In this document: in pieces, positions 29,918-39,609 of the stretch | Layout of the letters: every line of letters starts with the position of its first letter | How positions within the stretch are numbered: position 1 is the stretch's first letter | Source of the DNA: Thermoanaerobaculia bacterium | GTDB taxonomy: Bacteria > Acidobacteriota > Thermoanaerobaculia > Multivoradales > Multivoraceae | Reading direction: 5' to 3' | Length of the DNA: 64,000 bases | NCBI GenBank assembly: GCA_963664405.1 | Contig: OY761158.1 | Coordinates: forward strand, 2,816,001-2,880,000 | Program-made: the position numbers and the translations under genes | Notes under the pieces: generated by a model | The model's input: only the letters and a program-made list of their open reading frames with translations | What the model was told of the DNA's origin: nothing | Databases searched by the model: none

Positions 29918-30634
29918 GTGACGAGCCGATCGCCCGATTTGGTGCTTTGCGAGGGTTCGCCGTCCTTCGTCTTGCGTCAGTACCGGGTCGGTTCGGCAAA
30001 GAACTTCGCCTACCTCCTCGTTGACTCGGCGTCCAAGCAGGCTTTCTTGGTCGATCCAGCCTGGCAGCCACTCGAGCTCTTAGACGAAAGTGCGGCCCAA
30101 GGCGTCCGGCTCTCCGGCGTTCTGCTGACTCACACTCACGCGGATCATATGGGGGGAGTGCTTCGCAGGCGATCGCTGCCAGGGGTCGGCGAGCTTTTCG
30201 AAAAAATGCGCCTGCCGATATACGTTCACCACCGCGAAGCGGACCGAGTGGTGCGCTTTTGTGGGGTGAATCCCGAGTCGGTTCGCCCGCTGTCCGACTC
30301 CGATACGGTCCCGCTCGGTTCTTCGGAGCTTGTCTGCCTGCACACACCGGGGCACAGCCCCGGCAGCGCCTGCTACCTCGCCGACGGGCGACTCATCTCC
30401 GGCGACACACTGTTCGTGCGCAACATCGGTAACGTCGAGCATACGCAGGGTGACATCGATGCGATGTATCACTCCCTCTGTCGATTGGCGGCGCTCCCCA
30501 CCGAAACCAAGATCTACCCCGGTCACGACTATGGCGACGCACCCAGCTCGACGATCGGGCTCGAGCTGAGGCAGAACGCGTATATGCGCCCGATGCAGCT
30601 CGAACAGTTCCGAATCTTGATGGGCCGCTTGTAA
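29918..30634 (+). CDS. MBL-fold metallo-hydrolase (glyoxalase II-like)
   Basis: NFAYL, THTHADH, HTPGHSPGS, SGDTLF, YPGHDY. Confidence 0.9.
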   Translation: MTSRSPDLVLCEGSPSFVLRQYRVGSAKNFAYLLVDSASKQAFLVDPAWQPLELLDESAAQGVRLSGVLLTHTHADHMGGVLRRRSLPGVGELFEKMRLPIYVHHREADRVVRFCGVNPESVRPLSDSDTVPLGSSELVCLHTPGHSPGSACYLADGRLISGDTLFVRNIGNVEHTQGDIDAMYHSLCRLAALPTETKIYPGHDYGDAPSSTIGLELRQNAYMRPMQLEQFRILMGRL

Positions 30635-30658
30635 CAAGTGAGATATAGTTGCTTGTTG

Positions 30659-31042
30659 ATGAGACGCTCCCGCCTTTTCGCCAGCACTCTTACGCTGGTC
30701 TTTGCGATGCTGGCTTCGCTTGCACCGCCGGATCTGGCGTGCTGCAGCGGACTGGCGGAGATGCATGAGGTTCAGGTCTCTGCGATGGACTGCGCCGAGA
30801 GCATGGACTGTTGCCAGCCGGGCAACGTCAGCCCTGCGGCTCAGCGCTGTTGTAGTGGAGACGAGAGTCGCACCAACACTCCCAGCCGCGTCGCGACCCT
30901 ACGAGGGTTGCCGAGTGATGTCAGCGCTGAGCTGGCGATATACGGACAAGGGGGGGCCGACTCGGCCTTCAGACGGCCGCTGTCTGATCCTCCATTCCCA
31001 CTCGAGCCTCTCTTCCGTCTGCACTCGGCACTCTTGATCTAG
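30659..31042 (+). CDS. Cys-rich exported leader protein upstream of the metal-efflux operon
   Basis: Signal-peptide-like N-terminus, three CC pairs plus one Cys, C-terminus PPFPLEPLFRLHSALLI. Confidence 0.7.
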   Translation: MRRSRLFASTLTLVFAMLASLAPPDLACCSGLAEMHEVQVSAMDCAESMDCCQPGNVSPAAQRCCSGDESRTNTPSRVATLRGLPSDVSAELAIYGQGGADSAFRRPLSDPPFPLEPLFRLHSALLI

Positions 31043-31121
31043 CGCTCTCCTGAGACGAAACGCCTCTGCGGAGCCGGCGTTCGGTTCCGCGGGAACGAAT
31101 CTCTGTCTTGTGGAGGAGTGC
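31042..31121 (+). promoter_or_regulatory. SD-sequestering stem-loop between leader and tolC
   Basis: GCGCTCTCC/TGAGAC (31042-31056) pairs with GTCTTG/GGAGGAGTGC (31105-31121); inner stem 31066-31076 with 31082-31092. Confidence 0.65.
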
Positions 31122-31122
31122 A

Positions 31123-32475
31123 ATGCCGAAAGTGACGGCCGTTGTCGGTTCTTATCTATGCGTTTGCGTGACAGCCCTGTGGCCGGCGGCGGCTCGTGAG
31201 CTGGATGCGAGTGAGACTTCGCTCAACGAGCCCGATCTCGAAGCGGAGATCCTCGAGCTCGCTGCTCCCCTCGATCGAGAAGCTCTTGTCGCTGCGGTTC
31301 TGAACAGGAACAAGGCGATCGAGGCGGCGCGGAGAGCGTGGCTGGCCAGCGCGGAGGTCCCCAGCCAAGCTCGCGGCCTTCAAAACCCGAGGCTCTCGTA
31401 TTCCTTCGCTCCGCAGAGTGTCGGCTCGGACAGCGTCCGCTATGGGCAGCGTATCGATTTCTCGCAGCGCCTTCCCTATCCCGGCAAGAGGCGGTTGCAG
31501 CGAGAGATTGCTGAGGCGGTAGCTGCGACTGCCGGTCACGATCTCGAGGCGATTCGTCTGAGCCTCGCCACGGTTAGCTCCCTTCTCTACGACGACTACT
31601 ACGTCGTCGAGCGCGCGATCGAGATCAATGAGGAGTACATTGAGCTACTGGCCTCGTTTCAGCGTATCGCGACCGCTCGCTATGCCGCCGGTGAGGAGTC
31701 GCAACAGGCGCCACTACAAGCCGAGGTAGAAGCCGCGCACCTGCTCCACGAAGGCGTACTGCTAGAGACCGAGCGGGCGATTCTGGTGGCAAGGATCAAT
31801 ACTCTTCTGCATCGCAGGCCGAGTGAATCGCTTCCTCCACCACCCAGGGAGTTGGCGCCCCCGGCGGCGCGAGCGGCTGAAGAGCGGAGCCTCGAGGAGG
31901 AGGCCATCGCGACGAGACCCGAGATACAGAGCGTCACCTCTACGCTGGAAGCTCGTCGGCTCGAGATCGAGCTCACCGAGCGTGCCTTTCGCCCCGACTT
32001 CGAAGTCATGGGCTCCTACAGCACGATGTGGAACCAGAGCGAGCATCGCGCCATGGTCGGAGCCGGCATCAACCTTCCGATCTACCGCAGCAAGCTGCGC
32101 GCTGCGAAGGCCGAGGCGGAAGCTCTCCTCGGAGTCATCGAGAGCGAGCGCGAAGTGCTCATCGATCGCGTCAGGGCCGAGGTCGCCATCGTCGCTCTAC
32201 TGCTCGAGGAGGCGGAGCACGTCCTCACACTCTTTCGGTCTCGTCTGCTTCCCGCCGCCGCCGATCAGACCTCCGCGGCACTTGCCGGGTTTCGCACCGG
32301 CCAGAACAGCTTTCTCTCCCTGATCGAGGCCGAGCGCAATCAGCGCACGGTTCGTCTCGACTACGAGCGAGCGAGGGCCGACGTTCACCGGCGCCTTGCC
32401 GAGCTGGATGGGGCATTGGGGAGGTCGCCGGATGCCGAGAGTCGTGACCAGCCTTCTCGAGGAGATCAGCCATGA
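31123..32475 (+). CDS. TolC/CusC family outer membrane efflux protein
   Basis: Signal peptide, QRLPYPGKRRL, ARYAAG..SQQ, RPDF, INLPIY; GGAGGAG RBS. Confidence 0.9.
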   Translation: MPKVTAVVGSYLCVCVTALWPAAARELDASETSLNEPDLEAEILELAAPLDREALVAAVLNRNKAIEAARRAWLASAEVPSQARGLQNPRLSYSFAPQSVGSDSVRYGQRIDFSQRLPYPGKRRLQREIAEAVAATAGHDLEAIRLSLATVSSLLYDDYYVVERAIEINEEYIELLASFQRIATARYAAGEESQQAPLQAEVEAAHLLHEGVLLETERAILVARINTLLHRRPSESLPPPPRELAPPAARAAEERSLEEEAIATRPEIQSVTSTLEARRLEIELTERAFRPDFEVMGSYSTMWNQSEHRAMVGAGINLPIYRSKLRAAKAEAEALLGVIESEREVLIDRVRAEVAIVALLLEEAEHVLTLFRSRLLPAAADQTSAALAGFRTGQNSFLSLIEAERNQRTVRLDYERARADVHRRLAELDGALGRSPDAESRDQPSRGDQP

Positions 32476-34580
32476 ACCATCCAACGAAGATCGCTGCCGG
32501 TGCCTTTTTGCTTGCGACTCTCAACGTCTTGATCGCTTGTAGCGACGGTAGACAGCCGCCGGGTGAGCCGAGCGCGTCGAGCCGTGTGGGAGGGCTCGAT
32601 GTGCGTCTGTGGCTGGACCCCGACCCGCCGAAGCAGCAAGGACTCTTGTGGCTCGAGCTCCGCGATGAGGATGGGGGTGCCGTCGACGCTGCCCAAGTCG
32701 ATGTGGGCTGGCTGATGCCGGCGATGGGCGCGATGCCCGAGATGAGAGGGAAAGCGGAGATCGAGGAGGTCGGGTCGGGTCTTTACCGTGCGCAGCTCGA
32801 CCTACCGATGAATGGGTCGTGGACTCTCCCGGTCAACATTCGCACCTCTCGGACTTCTGTCATCGCCGAGTACACGCTGAATGTGGGTAGCGCGGGCCTA
32901 CGCGAAGTTGGGGCGCACGCTCTCAACCAAGGCTCGCCGGAGGGCGTGCAGCCGCCGACCGCAGAATACCCCCAGGTCGTGCTCGACGCCCTGCGCGAGA
33001 CGTTGCGGGTGTACGAGGAAGTCCGCACCCAATTGACCCAGGACAGGATGGACGGCCTTTCCACCAGAGCCGAGCGATTGGCACAGAGCTTCGTCACTGC
33101 GCGCTCCGCGCTGGGAAACGAAGGGGCTCCAGCGAGCCTCGCCCTGGTCGACGAAGGGGAGCGTTCATCGTCGTCACTGGCCGCCGTCGATGACCTCGAG
33201 ACGGCTCGGGTCGCTTTCGGCGAAGTGAGCCGCTCGCTCTTCGCTCTCGCGGCGGCAGATCCTCGCCTGGTCGAAGGATGGCAGAGCTTCTCGTGCCCGA
33301 TGACGTCTACCTTCCCCAGGTGGATGCAGCCGGCCGGCGAGTTGGAGAATCCCTATATGGGCCAGGCGATGCCGGGTTGCGGCTCGCCCGCCGACTGGAG
33401 CCTTCCACAGCCGGAGGGCGTCGCTGAGCTCGAGGCCCACGCACAGCACGTTCATGGAGGTCTCGACGAGGGCGACGAGATCGCTCACTACACCTGTTCG
33501 ATGCACCCATCGGTAAAGCGCGGGGCCGCCGGGACCTGTCCGATCTGCGCGATGGATCTTGTTGGCGTGACGCGCCGAGAAGTCGAGACCGGAACCTTCG
33601 TCGTGAGTGCAGAGCGTCGACAGGAGATCGGAGTCCGAACGGAGGCAGTGGGCACACAGGCGATGAATCTCAAGATCCGTGCGGTAGGGAGGGTGACCTA
33701 TGACGAGACGTTGCTTTCCGAGGTGACGGTGAAGGTCGGTGGCTTTGTAGGGCGGCTCTCGGTCGACCAGACTGGCCAGTTGGTGCGCCAGGGCGAGGTT
33801 CTCTTCGAGCTCTACAGCCCCGAGCTCTACGCCTCGCAGGAGGAGCTCCTGGCTGCGCTTGCGAGTCAGCAAGCCGCGCGATCCACCCAAGCGCCCGATC
33901 GTGCCGACTATCTGGTCGACGCCGCGCGTCAGCGCCTTAGGCTCTGGGATCTGAGCGACTCGCAGATCGAGGCGATCGCGGAGAGCGGGCAGCCGCTGAG
34001 GGATCTGCCGATTCTTTCCTCCTCTTCGGGCTACGTGGTCGAGAAGATGGTTGTGCAGGGTTCCTCGATAAATCCTGGGCAGACTCTCTATCGCATTGCC
34101 GGTCTGGATCGAGTGTGGATCGAGGCCGAGGTCTACGAGTCGGATCTGCCGCTGATCGAGGTCGGCCAGCTGGCCGAGATCTCCCTTCCTTACCTTGGGG
34201 GAAAGCGCTTCGAGGGCCGAGTCGCCTTCGTCTATCCGTACCTCCATGCCGAGACTCGCACTGGCACCGTCCGTATCGAGTTGGCCAACCCTGGGCTGGA
34301 GCTCAAGCCGGAGATGTATGCCGATGTGAGCTTCGCCATCGAGCGCGGCGAGCGACTCACGGTGCGAGATGAGGCGGTGCTCTATGCCGGTGAGCGACGT
34401 CTCGTCTTTGTCGACCTGGGGGAGGGCCGCCTACAGCCCCGCGAGGTGGAGATCGGCGTTCACGCCGGCGACCGCTATGAAGTGCTCGCGGGCCTCGAAG
34501 TGGGCGAGAAGGTCGTCGTTTCGGGGAACTTTCTGATCGCTGCCGAAAGCCGGCTCAAATCGGCCACGGAGAAATGGTGA
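32472..34580 (+). CDS. cusB: CusB-type RND periplasmic adaptor with extra N-terminal metal-binding domains
   Basis: LIAC lipobox, MPAMGAMPEM, CPM...ENPYMG..MPGCG, YTCSMHP..CPICAMDL, LYSPEL, SGNFLIAAESRL. Confidence 0.85.
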   Translation: MNHPTKIAAGAFLLATLNVLIACSDGRQPPGEPSASSRVGGLDVRLWLDPDPPKQQGLLWLELRDEDGGAVDAAQVDVGWLMPAMGAMPEMRGKAEIEEVGSGLYRAQLDLPMNGSWTLPVNIRTSRTSVIAEYTLNVGSAGLREVGAHALNQGSPEGVQPPTAEYPQVVLDALRETLRVYEEVRTQLTQDRMDGLSTRAERLAQSFVTARSALGNEGAPASLALVDEGERSSSSLAAVDDLETARVAFGEVSRSLFALAAADPRLVEGWQSFSCPMTSTFPRWMQPAGELENPYMGQAMPGCGSPADWSLPQPEGVAELEAHAQHVHGGLDEGDEIAHYTCSMHPSVKRGAAGTCPICAMDLVGVTRREVETGTFVVSAERRQEIGVRTEAVGTQAMNLKIRAVGRVTYDETLLSEVTVKVGGFVGRLSVDQTGQLVRQGEVLFELYSPELYASQEELLAALASQQAARSTQAPDRADYLVDAARQRLRLWDLSDSQIEAIAESGQPLRDLPILSSSSGYVVEKMVVQGSSINPGQTLYRIAGLDRVWIEAEVYESDLPLIEVGQLAEISLPYLGGKRFEGRVAFVYPYLHAETRTGTVRIELANPGLELKPEMYADVSFAIERGERLTVRDEAVLYAGERRLVFVDLGEGRLQPREVEIGVHAGDRYEVLAGLEVGEKVVVSGNFLIAAESRLKSATEKW

Positions 34581-37500
34581 TGGGTGCGGGCGACTCCCAA
34601 GGGCCGGTCGCGAGTGTCATTGGCGCTAGTGCTCGCAACCCACTGCTCACCATTCTGCTGGCTGGCGCGCTCGGAGTCTGGGGCTGGTATGCCCTGACTC
34701 ACGGTCCTCTGGACGCGATTCCGGATCTTTCGGATGTGCAGGTGATCGTCTTCACCGAGTGGCCGGGCCAGAGCCCGGATCTGGTGGAGGACCAGATCAC
34801 CTACCCGATCTCGAGCACTCTTCTAGCCGCTCCCCGGATCAAGTTCGTGCGCGGACAGTCCTTCTTCGGCCTTTCCTTCGTCTACGCCATCTTCGACGAC
34901 GGAACCGATATGTACTGGGCTCGCTCGCGCGTGCTCGAGTATCTGAGCGAGGTGCGGGGGGAGCTGCCGGCGGGAGTCGTCCCGACCCTCGGCCCCGACG
35001 CCACCGGCGTCGGCTGGGTCTTTGAGTACGCCCTCGTCGACCGCACCGGCCAGCACGATCTGCAAGAGCTGCGCAGCCTGCAGGATTGGAACTTGCGTTT
35101 CGCCCTCGAGAGTGTGCCAGGGGTTGCCGAGGTCGCTTCGATCGGCGGCTTCGTCAAGCAGTACCAGGTCACTCTGGACCCCAACAAGCTGGTGGCCTAC
35201 GGCATCCCGGTCGGCCGGGTGATCGAGGCGGTCAGGGAGGCGAATCAGCAAGTCGGGGGAAGAGTGCTCGAGATCTCCGGCCACGAGCATATGGTCAGAG
35301 GTAGAGGTTATGTCAGCGACAGAGCCGACCTCGAGCTCGCTCCGCTCGGTGTCTCCGAGGGCGGGGTTCCGATCACCATCAGAGATGTGGCCGAGGTGAC
35401 TATCGGGCCCGATATGCGACGCGGCCTGGCGGAGCTCGATGGCCGGGGTGAGGTGGTCGGCGGTATTGTGGTGATGCGCTATGGGGAGAACGCGCTGCGG
35501 GTGATCGAGGCGGTCAAGGCACGACTCGCCGAGATCGAGCCGGGTCTCCCCGCCGGTGTCGAGGTGGTTACCACCTATGACCGCTCCGGCCTCATCGAGG
35601 ACTCGATCGACACGCTGCGGGAGACGCTGCTCCAGGAGATGGTGGTGGTGAGCGTCGTCATTTTTCTTTTTCTACTGCATGCCAGAAGCGCCCTGGTGCC
35701 GATCATCACCTTGCCGCTGGCGGTTCTGCTCGCCTTTGTACCGATGTTCTATCAGGGTCTGACCATCAACATCATGTCGCTCGGCGGCATCGCGGTCGCA
35801 ATCGGAGCGATGGTCGACGCCGCGGTCATCCTGATCGAGAACATCCACAAGAAGCTCGAGGACCCCAGGAGTGGGACTCGCCGCCTCGAGCTCGTGATCG
35901 AGGCCATGCAAGAGGTCGGACCGACCATCTTCTTCTCTCTCCTCGTCATCACCGTCTCCTTCTTGCCGGTCTTCACCCTCGAGGGGGTGGAGGGCCGCCT
36001 GTTCAAGCCGCTCGCCTTCACCAAGACCTACTCGATGGCCTTTGCCTCGGTACTCGCTGTCACCCTGACCCCGGCACTGGCCGCGCTTCTCGTTCGAGGA
36101 CGAATCCGCGGCGAGCGGAGTAACCCGATCAACCGTCTGGTGGTCGCCCTCTATGTTCCGATCGTTCGCTTGGTGGTGCGCTTCCGCAAGACGACCATCC
36201 TGGTCGCCATCGTTCTGGTGGCCGTTACTGTGCCCGTCTTCCTGGGCCTGAGCACTGAGTTCATGCCACCTCTCAACGAGGGAGCGATCCTCTACATGCC
36301 GACGGCGCCCCCCGGCATGTCGATCACTGAGGCCGCTTCGATTCTGCAGTCGATGGACCGACAGCTCGCCAGCTTCCCCGAAGTCGAGCGGGTGTTCGGA
36401 AAGATGGGGCGCGCGCGCACCGCCACCGACTCGGCCCCGATCGGCATGGTCGAGACCGTGGTGACCCTGAAGCCAAAGGAAGAGTGGCGACCGGGTTTGA
36501 CCTGGGATGCACTGGTCGCGGAGATGGACGAGAAGTTGCGCTACCCAGGGATGCCTAATGTGTGGTGGATGCCGATCCAGACCCGCACCGAGATGCTCTC
36601 TACCGGCATTCGCAGTCAGTTGGGGATCAAGGTCTTCGGTGACGACTTGACCGAGATCGAGCACACCGCGATCGCCATCGAGCAGGCAATTGCGACCATA
36701 CCCGGCACCCGCAGCGCCTTTGCGGAGCGCTCCGCCGGCGGCTTCTTTGCCGACTTCACGGTAGACCGTGTCGCGGCGGCCCGTTACGGACTTTCGGTGG
36801 CCGACGTCAACGAAGTGGTGATGACTGCGATCGGAGGAATGAAGGTCTCAGAGACGATCGAAGGTCGCGAGCGCTACCCGATCAGTGTCCGCTACGCTCG
36901 CGAGTTTCGCGACTCGCCAGAGGCGCTTCGACGGGTGCTGGTGGCGACTCCGAGCGGCGCCCAGGTTCCGCTCGGGCAGCTCGCCACTTTGAGTTTCACC
37001 ACCGGCCCGCCGATGATTCGTAGCGAGGACGGCAAGCTGGTGGGCTTCGTGTTTGTCGATCTGGCAGGCCGGGCGATCGCCGACTATGTCGAAGAGGCTC
37101 GGGCCGTTGTAGCCCGTGAGGTGGATGTTGCGCCCGGCACCCGCATCGAGTGGGCGGGCCAGTTCCTCTATCTGGAGCGGGCGAAGGAACGTCTCAAGAT
37201 CGTCGTACCGGTCACTCTTCTCCTGGTCTTCCTGCTTCTCTACTTCCATACCGCTTCGGTAATAGAGACCGGCATCGTCCTCTTGGCCGTTCCCTTTTCC
37301 GTGGTCGGGGCGGTGTGGCTCCTCTGGTACCTCGACTACAACATGTCGGTGGCGGTGTGGGTCGGGCTCATCGCCCTCGCCGGTCTCGATGCCGAGACCG
37401 GCCTCGTAATGCTTCTCTATCTCAAGCTCGCCTGGCGGAGCCACCGGGCCGAAGGAGCCGCGCTCGCCTTCGACGACCTCAGAGAGGCTATCGTCGAGGG

Positions 37501-37720
37501 CGCGGCACGGCGCATTCGACCGAAGCTGATGGCGGTGTCGACGACTCTGCTCGGGCTGGCGCCGGTGATGTGGTCCAGCGGTACCGGAGCCGACGTGATG
37601 AAGCGGATCGCTGCGCCAATGGTCGGGGGGCTTGTGACATCCTTTGCTCTGCAACTGACGGTTTATCCAGCGATCTTCGCAATCTGGAAGGCACGAGACC
37701 TGGGTCGGTCGGATCTCTAG
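34574..37720 (+). CDS. cusA: CusA/CzcA family heavy-metal RND permease (Cu/Ag type)
   Basis: LDAIPDLSDVQVI, LGPDATGVGWV, IAIGAMVDAA-like motif, EFMPPLNEG..LYMP, MKRIAAPMVGG. Confidence 0.93.
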   Translation: MVMGAGDSQGPVASVIGASARNPLLTILLAGALGVWGWYALTHGPLDAIPDLSDVQVIVFTEWPGQSPDLVEDQITYPISSTLLAAPRIKFVRGQSFFGLSFVYAIFDDGTDMYWARSRVLEYLSEVRGELPAGVVPTLGPDATGVGWVFEYALVDRTGQHDLQELRSLQDWNLRFALESVPGVAEVASIGGFVKQYQVTLDPNKLVAYGIPVGRVIEAVREANQQVGGRVLEISGHEHMVRGRGYVSDRADLELAPLGVSEGGVPITIRDVAEVTIGPDMRRGLAELDGRGEVVGGIVVMRYGENALRVIEAVKARLAEIEPGLPAGVEVVTTYDRSGLIEDSIDTLRETLLQEMVVVSVVIFLFLLHARSALVPIITLPLAVLLAFVPMFYQGLTINIMSLGGIAVAIGAMVDAAVILIENIHKKLEDPRSGTRRLELVIEAMQEVGPTIFFSLLVITVSFLPVFTLEGVEGRLFKPLAFTKTYSMAFASVLAVTLTPALAALLVRGRIRGERSNPINRLVVALYVPIVRLVVRFRKTTILVAIVLVAVTVPVFLGLSTEFMPPLNEGAILYMPTAPPGMSITEAASILQSMDRQLASFPEVERVFGKMGRARTATDSAPIGMVETVVTLKPKEEWRPGLTWDALVAEMDEKLRYPGMPNVWWMPIQTRTEMLSTGIRSQLGIKVFGDDLTEIEHTAIAIEQAIATIPGTRSAFAERSAGGFFADFTVDRVAAARYGLSVADVNEVVMTAIGGMKVSETIEGRERYPISVRYAREFRDSPEALRRVLVATPSGAQVPLGQLATLSFTTGPPMIRSEDGKLVGFVFVDLAGRAIADYVEEARAVVAREVDVAPGTRIEWAGQFLYLERAKERLKIVVPVTLLLVFLLLYFHTASVIETGIVLLAVPFSVVGAVWLLWYLDYNMSVAVWVGLIALAGLDAETGLVMLLYLKLAWRSHRAEGAALAFDDLREAIVEGAARRIRPKLMAVSTTLLGLAPVMWSSGTGADVMKRIAAPMVGGLVTSFALQLTVYPAIFAIWKARDLGRSDL

Positions 37721-37759
37721 AGACGCGCGCCTTCGCGAAGCCGTGCCGGGGGAGTCCTT

Positions 37760-38621
37760 GTGAGCTCGACTTGGGAGATCGGCGTGAGAGTGGGCGCCTT
37801 CGCCGTGGTCTTTTCTCTGGTGGCGCTGTGGGAGATTCTCGGCGCGCGCCGTGCGCTCAGCTGCTCCCGCCGCCAACGCTTGGTTCGCCAACCTGGGGTT
37901 GGTGGTCGTGGACACGGTGGTGGTGCGCGTCCTCTTTCCACTCACTCTGGTGGGTGTTGCGATGACGGCCGAGGCACGCGACTGGGGCCTCCTTCGGCAG
38001 CTTTCGGTGCCCTTCCCGGTGACGCTCGGTGTGTCGGTGGTTCTTCTCGACTTCGTCCTCTATCTGCAGCACCTGCTCTTCCACGCCGTGCCGGCACTGT
38101 GGCGCCTCCACATGGTGCACCATGCCGATCTCGACTTCGACCTCACCACCGGCCTCCGCTTCCACCCTGTTGAGATCGCCCTTTCGTTGGCGCTCAAGAT
38201 GGGAGTCGTCCTGCTGCTCGGCGCACCGCCGTTGGCCGCGCTCGTCTTCGAGGCGCTGCTCAACGGCACCGCGCTCTTCAACCACGGCAATGTGTCGTTG
38301 CCGGTCAGGCTCGAAAGGGTGACGAGGTGGTTGTTAGTGACTCCAGACATGCATCGAGTGCATCACTCGGTCGCGCGCCCAGAGACCAACAGCAACTTCG
38401 GCTTCTGTCTGTCGTGGTGGGACCGCCTCCTCGGCACCTATCGACAGAGCCCGAAGTCGGGTCACGACGGCATGCAGATCGGTCTTGACCACCTTCAAGA
38501 TCGCAGCCATCAGTCTCTGCCCTGGCTCCTCGCTCTCCCTCTGCGCGGCGACACAGGCTCTTATCCCTTTGGCTTCGGCAGGAAAAGACGACTCAGGAGA
38601 GGCCGAGGGAGAATAGGCTAG
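37760..38621 (+). pseudogene. sterol desaturase family protein, +1 frameshift at ~37880
   Basis: N-terminus (..ALWEILGARR..RQR) and body (WFANLGL, HLLFH, HMVHH, HRVHH, NSNFG) are in different frames, joined by CGC-T-TGG. Confidence 0.78.
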
Positions 38622-38784
38622 TGTCGTGTCCCGGAAATGCCTGCCTAATAGATCGAGGTCATTTCGTTCGCTGCCAAGGCGCGTCGAGGCAGGCATATTG
38701 AGAAATCTGTCGACGAGGCGTAACGAAGGCAGCGAGCGAAAGGGGCCGAGCTATTGGGTAGGCATTTCCGGGACACGACACTAA
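38618..38784 (+). repeat. ~167-bp palindromic intergenic element, copy B
   Basis: TAGTGTCGTGTCCCGGAAATGCCT is perfectly inverted at the right end; shared core. Confidence 0.92.
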
Positions 38785-38789
38785 GAACG

Positions 38790-39563
38790 ATGAAGCGTGA
38801 CGCAAGGAGACCGTTGAGCGTGGTGACGGCGGCCACCTTGCTTCTGACTTTGGCAATCTCGGCGAGTGGAGCGAAAGGCTCGCTCAGCGAGAACCTCCTG
38901 ATTGCCAGCGAAGCGCTCGGCTACGAGCTTCAGTACCGCGTCTACACGCCCGACAGCGAGGCGAAAGATCTGCCCGTGCTCTACGTCACCGATGGGCAGT
39001 GGTACATCAGCCGAGGGGAGATGCCCAGATTGCTCGACAAGCTCATCGAGAAGGGCCGAATCAAGCCGATCGTCGCAGTGTTCGTCGACAACCGGAATCC
39101 TCATGATCTCTCCGAGAATCGACGCAACCGCCAGTTCTTTTGCAATCGCGAATACGCTCATTTCTTCTCAGAGGAGTTGGTGCCGGCGATCGACCGTGAC
39201 TACCCGACCCGCCCTCGTCGCGAGGACCGCGTCGTTCTCGGTCTCTCCTTCGGCGCTTTGAGCTCGGCGTGCTTCGGGCTGCTCGCCCACCAGAGCTTCC
39301 AGGGCATTGCGATGCAGAGCCCCGCCCTGCATCCGGTTCCCGGAATCTACGATGCCTATTCCGACTCGCCGCCGCTCGATTTGCTCATTTTTCTCAGCAC
39401 CGGCACCGCCGGCGACAATCTCGACCAGGCGGTGCGGCTCAGAGAAGTGCTCAAGAAAAAGGGCTACGACCTTCGTTACATCGCCGTACCCCAGGGCCAC
39501 GACTGGCTCAACTGGGGCCCGTTACTCGACGATGTGCTCGAGTTCTACTTCCGAAGAAAGTGA
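38790..39563 (+). CDS. alpha/beta hydrolase, enterochelin-esterase-like
   Basis: VYTP, PVLYVTDG, ELVPAID, GLSFGA (GxSxG), GHDWLNW; signal peptide. Confidence 0.85.
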   Translation: MKRDARRPLSVVTAATLLLTLAISASGAKGSLSENLLIASEALGYELQYRVYTPDSEAKDLPVLYVTDGQWYISRGEMPRLLDKLIEKGRIKPIVAVFVDNRNPHDLSENRRNRQFFCNREYAHFFSEELVPAIDRDYPTRPRREDRVVLGLSFGALSSACFGLLAHQSFQGIAMQSPALHPVPGIYDAYSDSPPLDLLIFLSTGTAGDNLDQAVRLREVLKKKGYDLRYIAVPQGHDWLNWGPLLDDVLEFYFRRK

Positions 39564-39609
39564 TAGTTATCACTTCCTTCGGAAGCCGCACATGGCGCCG
39601 AGGACGGCG

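Noticed and set aside
30628-30638. Palindrome CTTGTAACAAG as a metal-regulator operator
   Set aside because: Only 5-bp arms, it overlaps the upstream stop codon, and there is no cognate regulator nearby; could be chance.
30659-38784. Metal-efflux block as a transposon or genomic island
   Set aside because: No integrase or transposase, flanking direct repeats, tRNA or obvious compositional shift seen.
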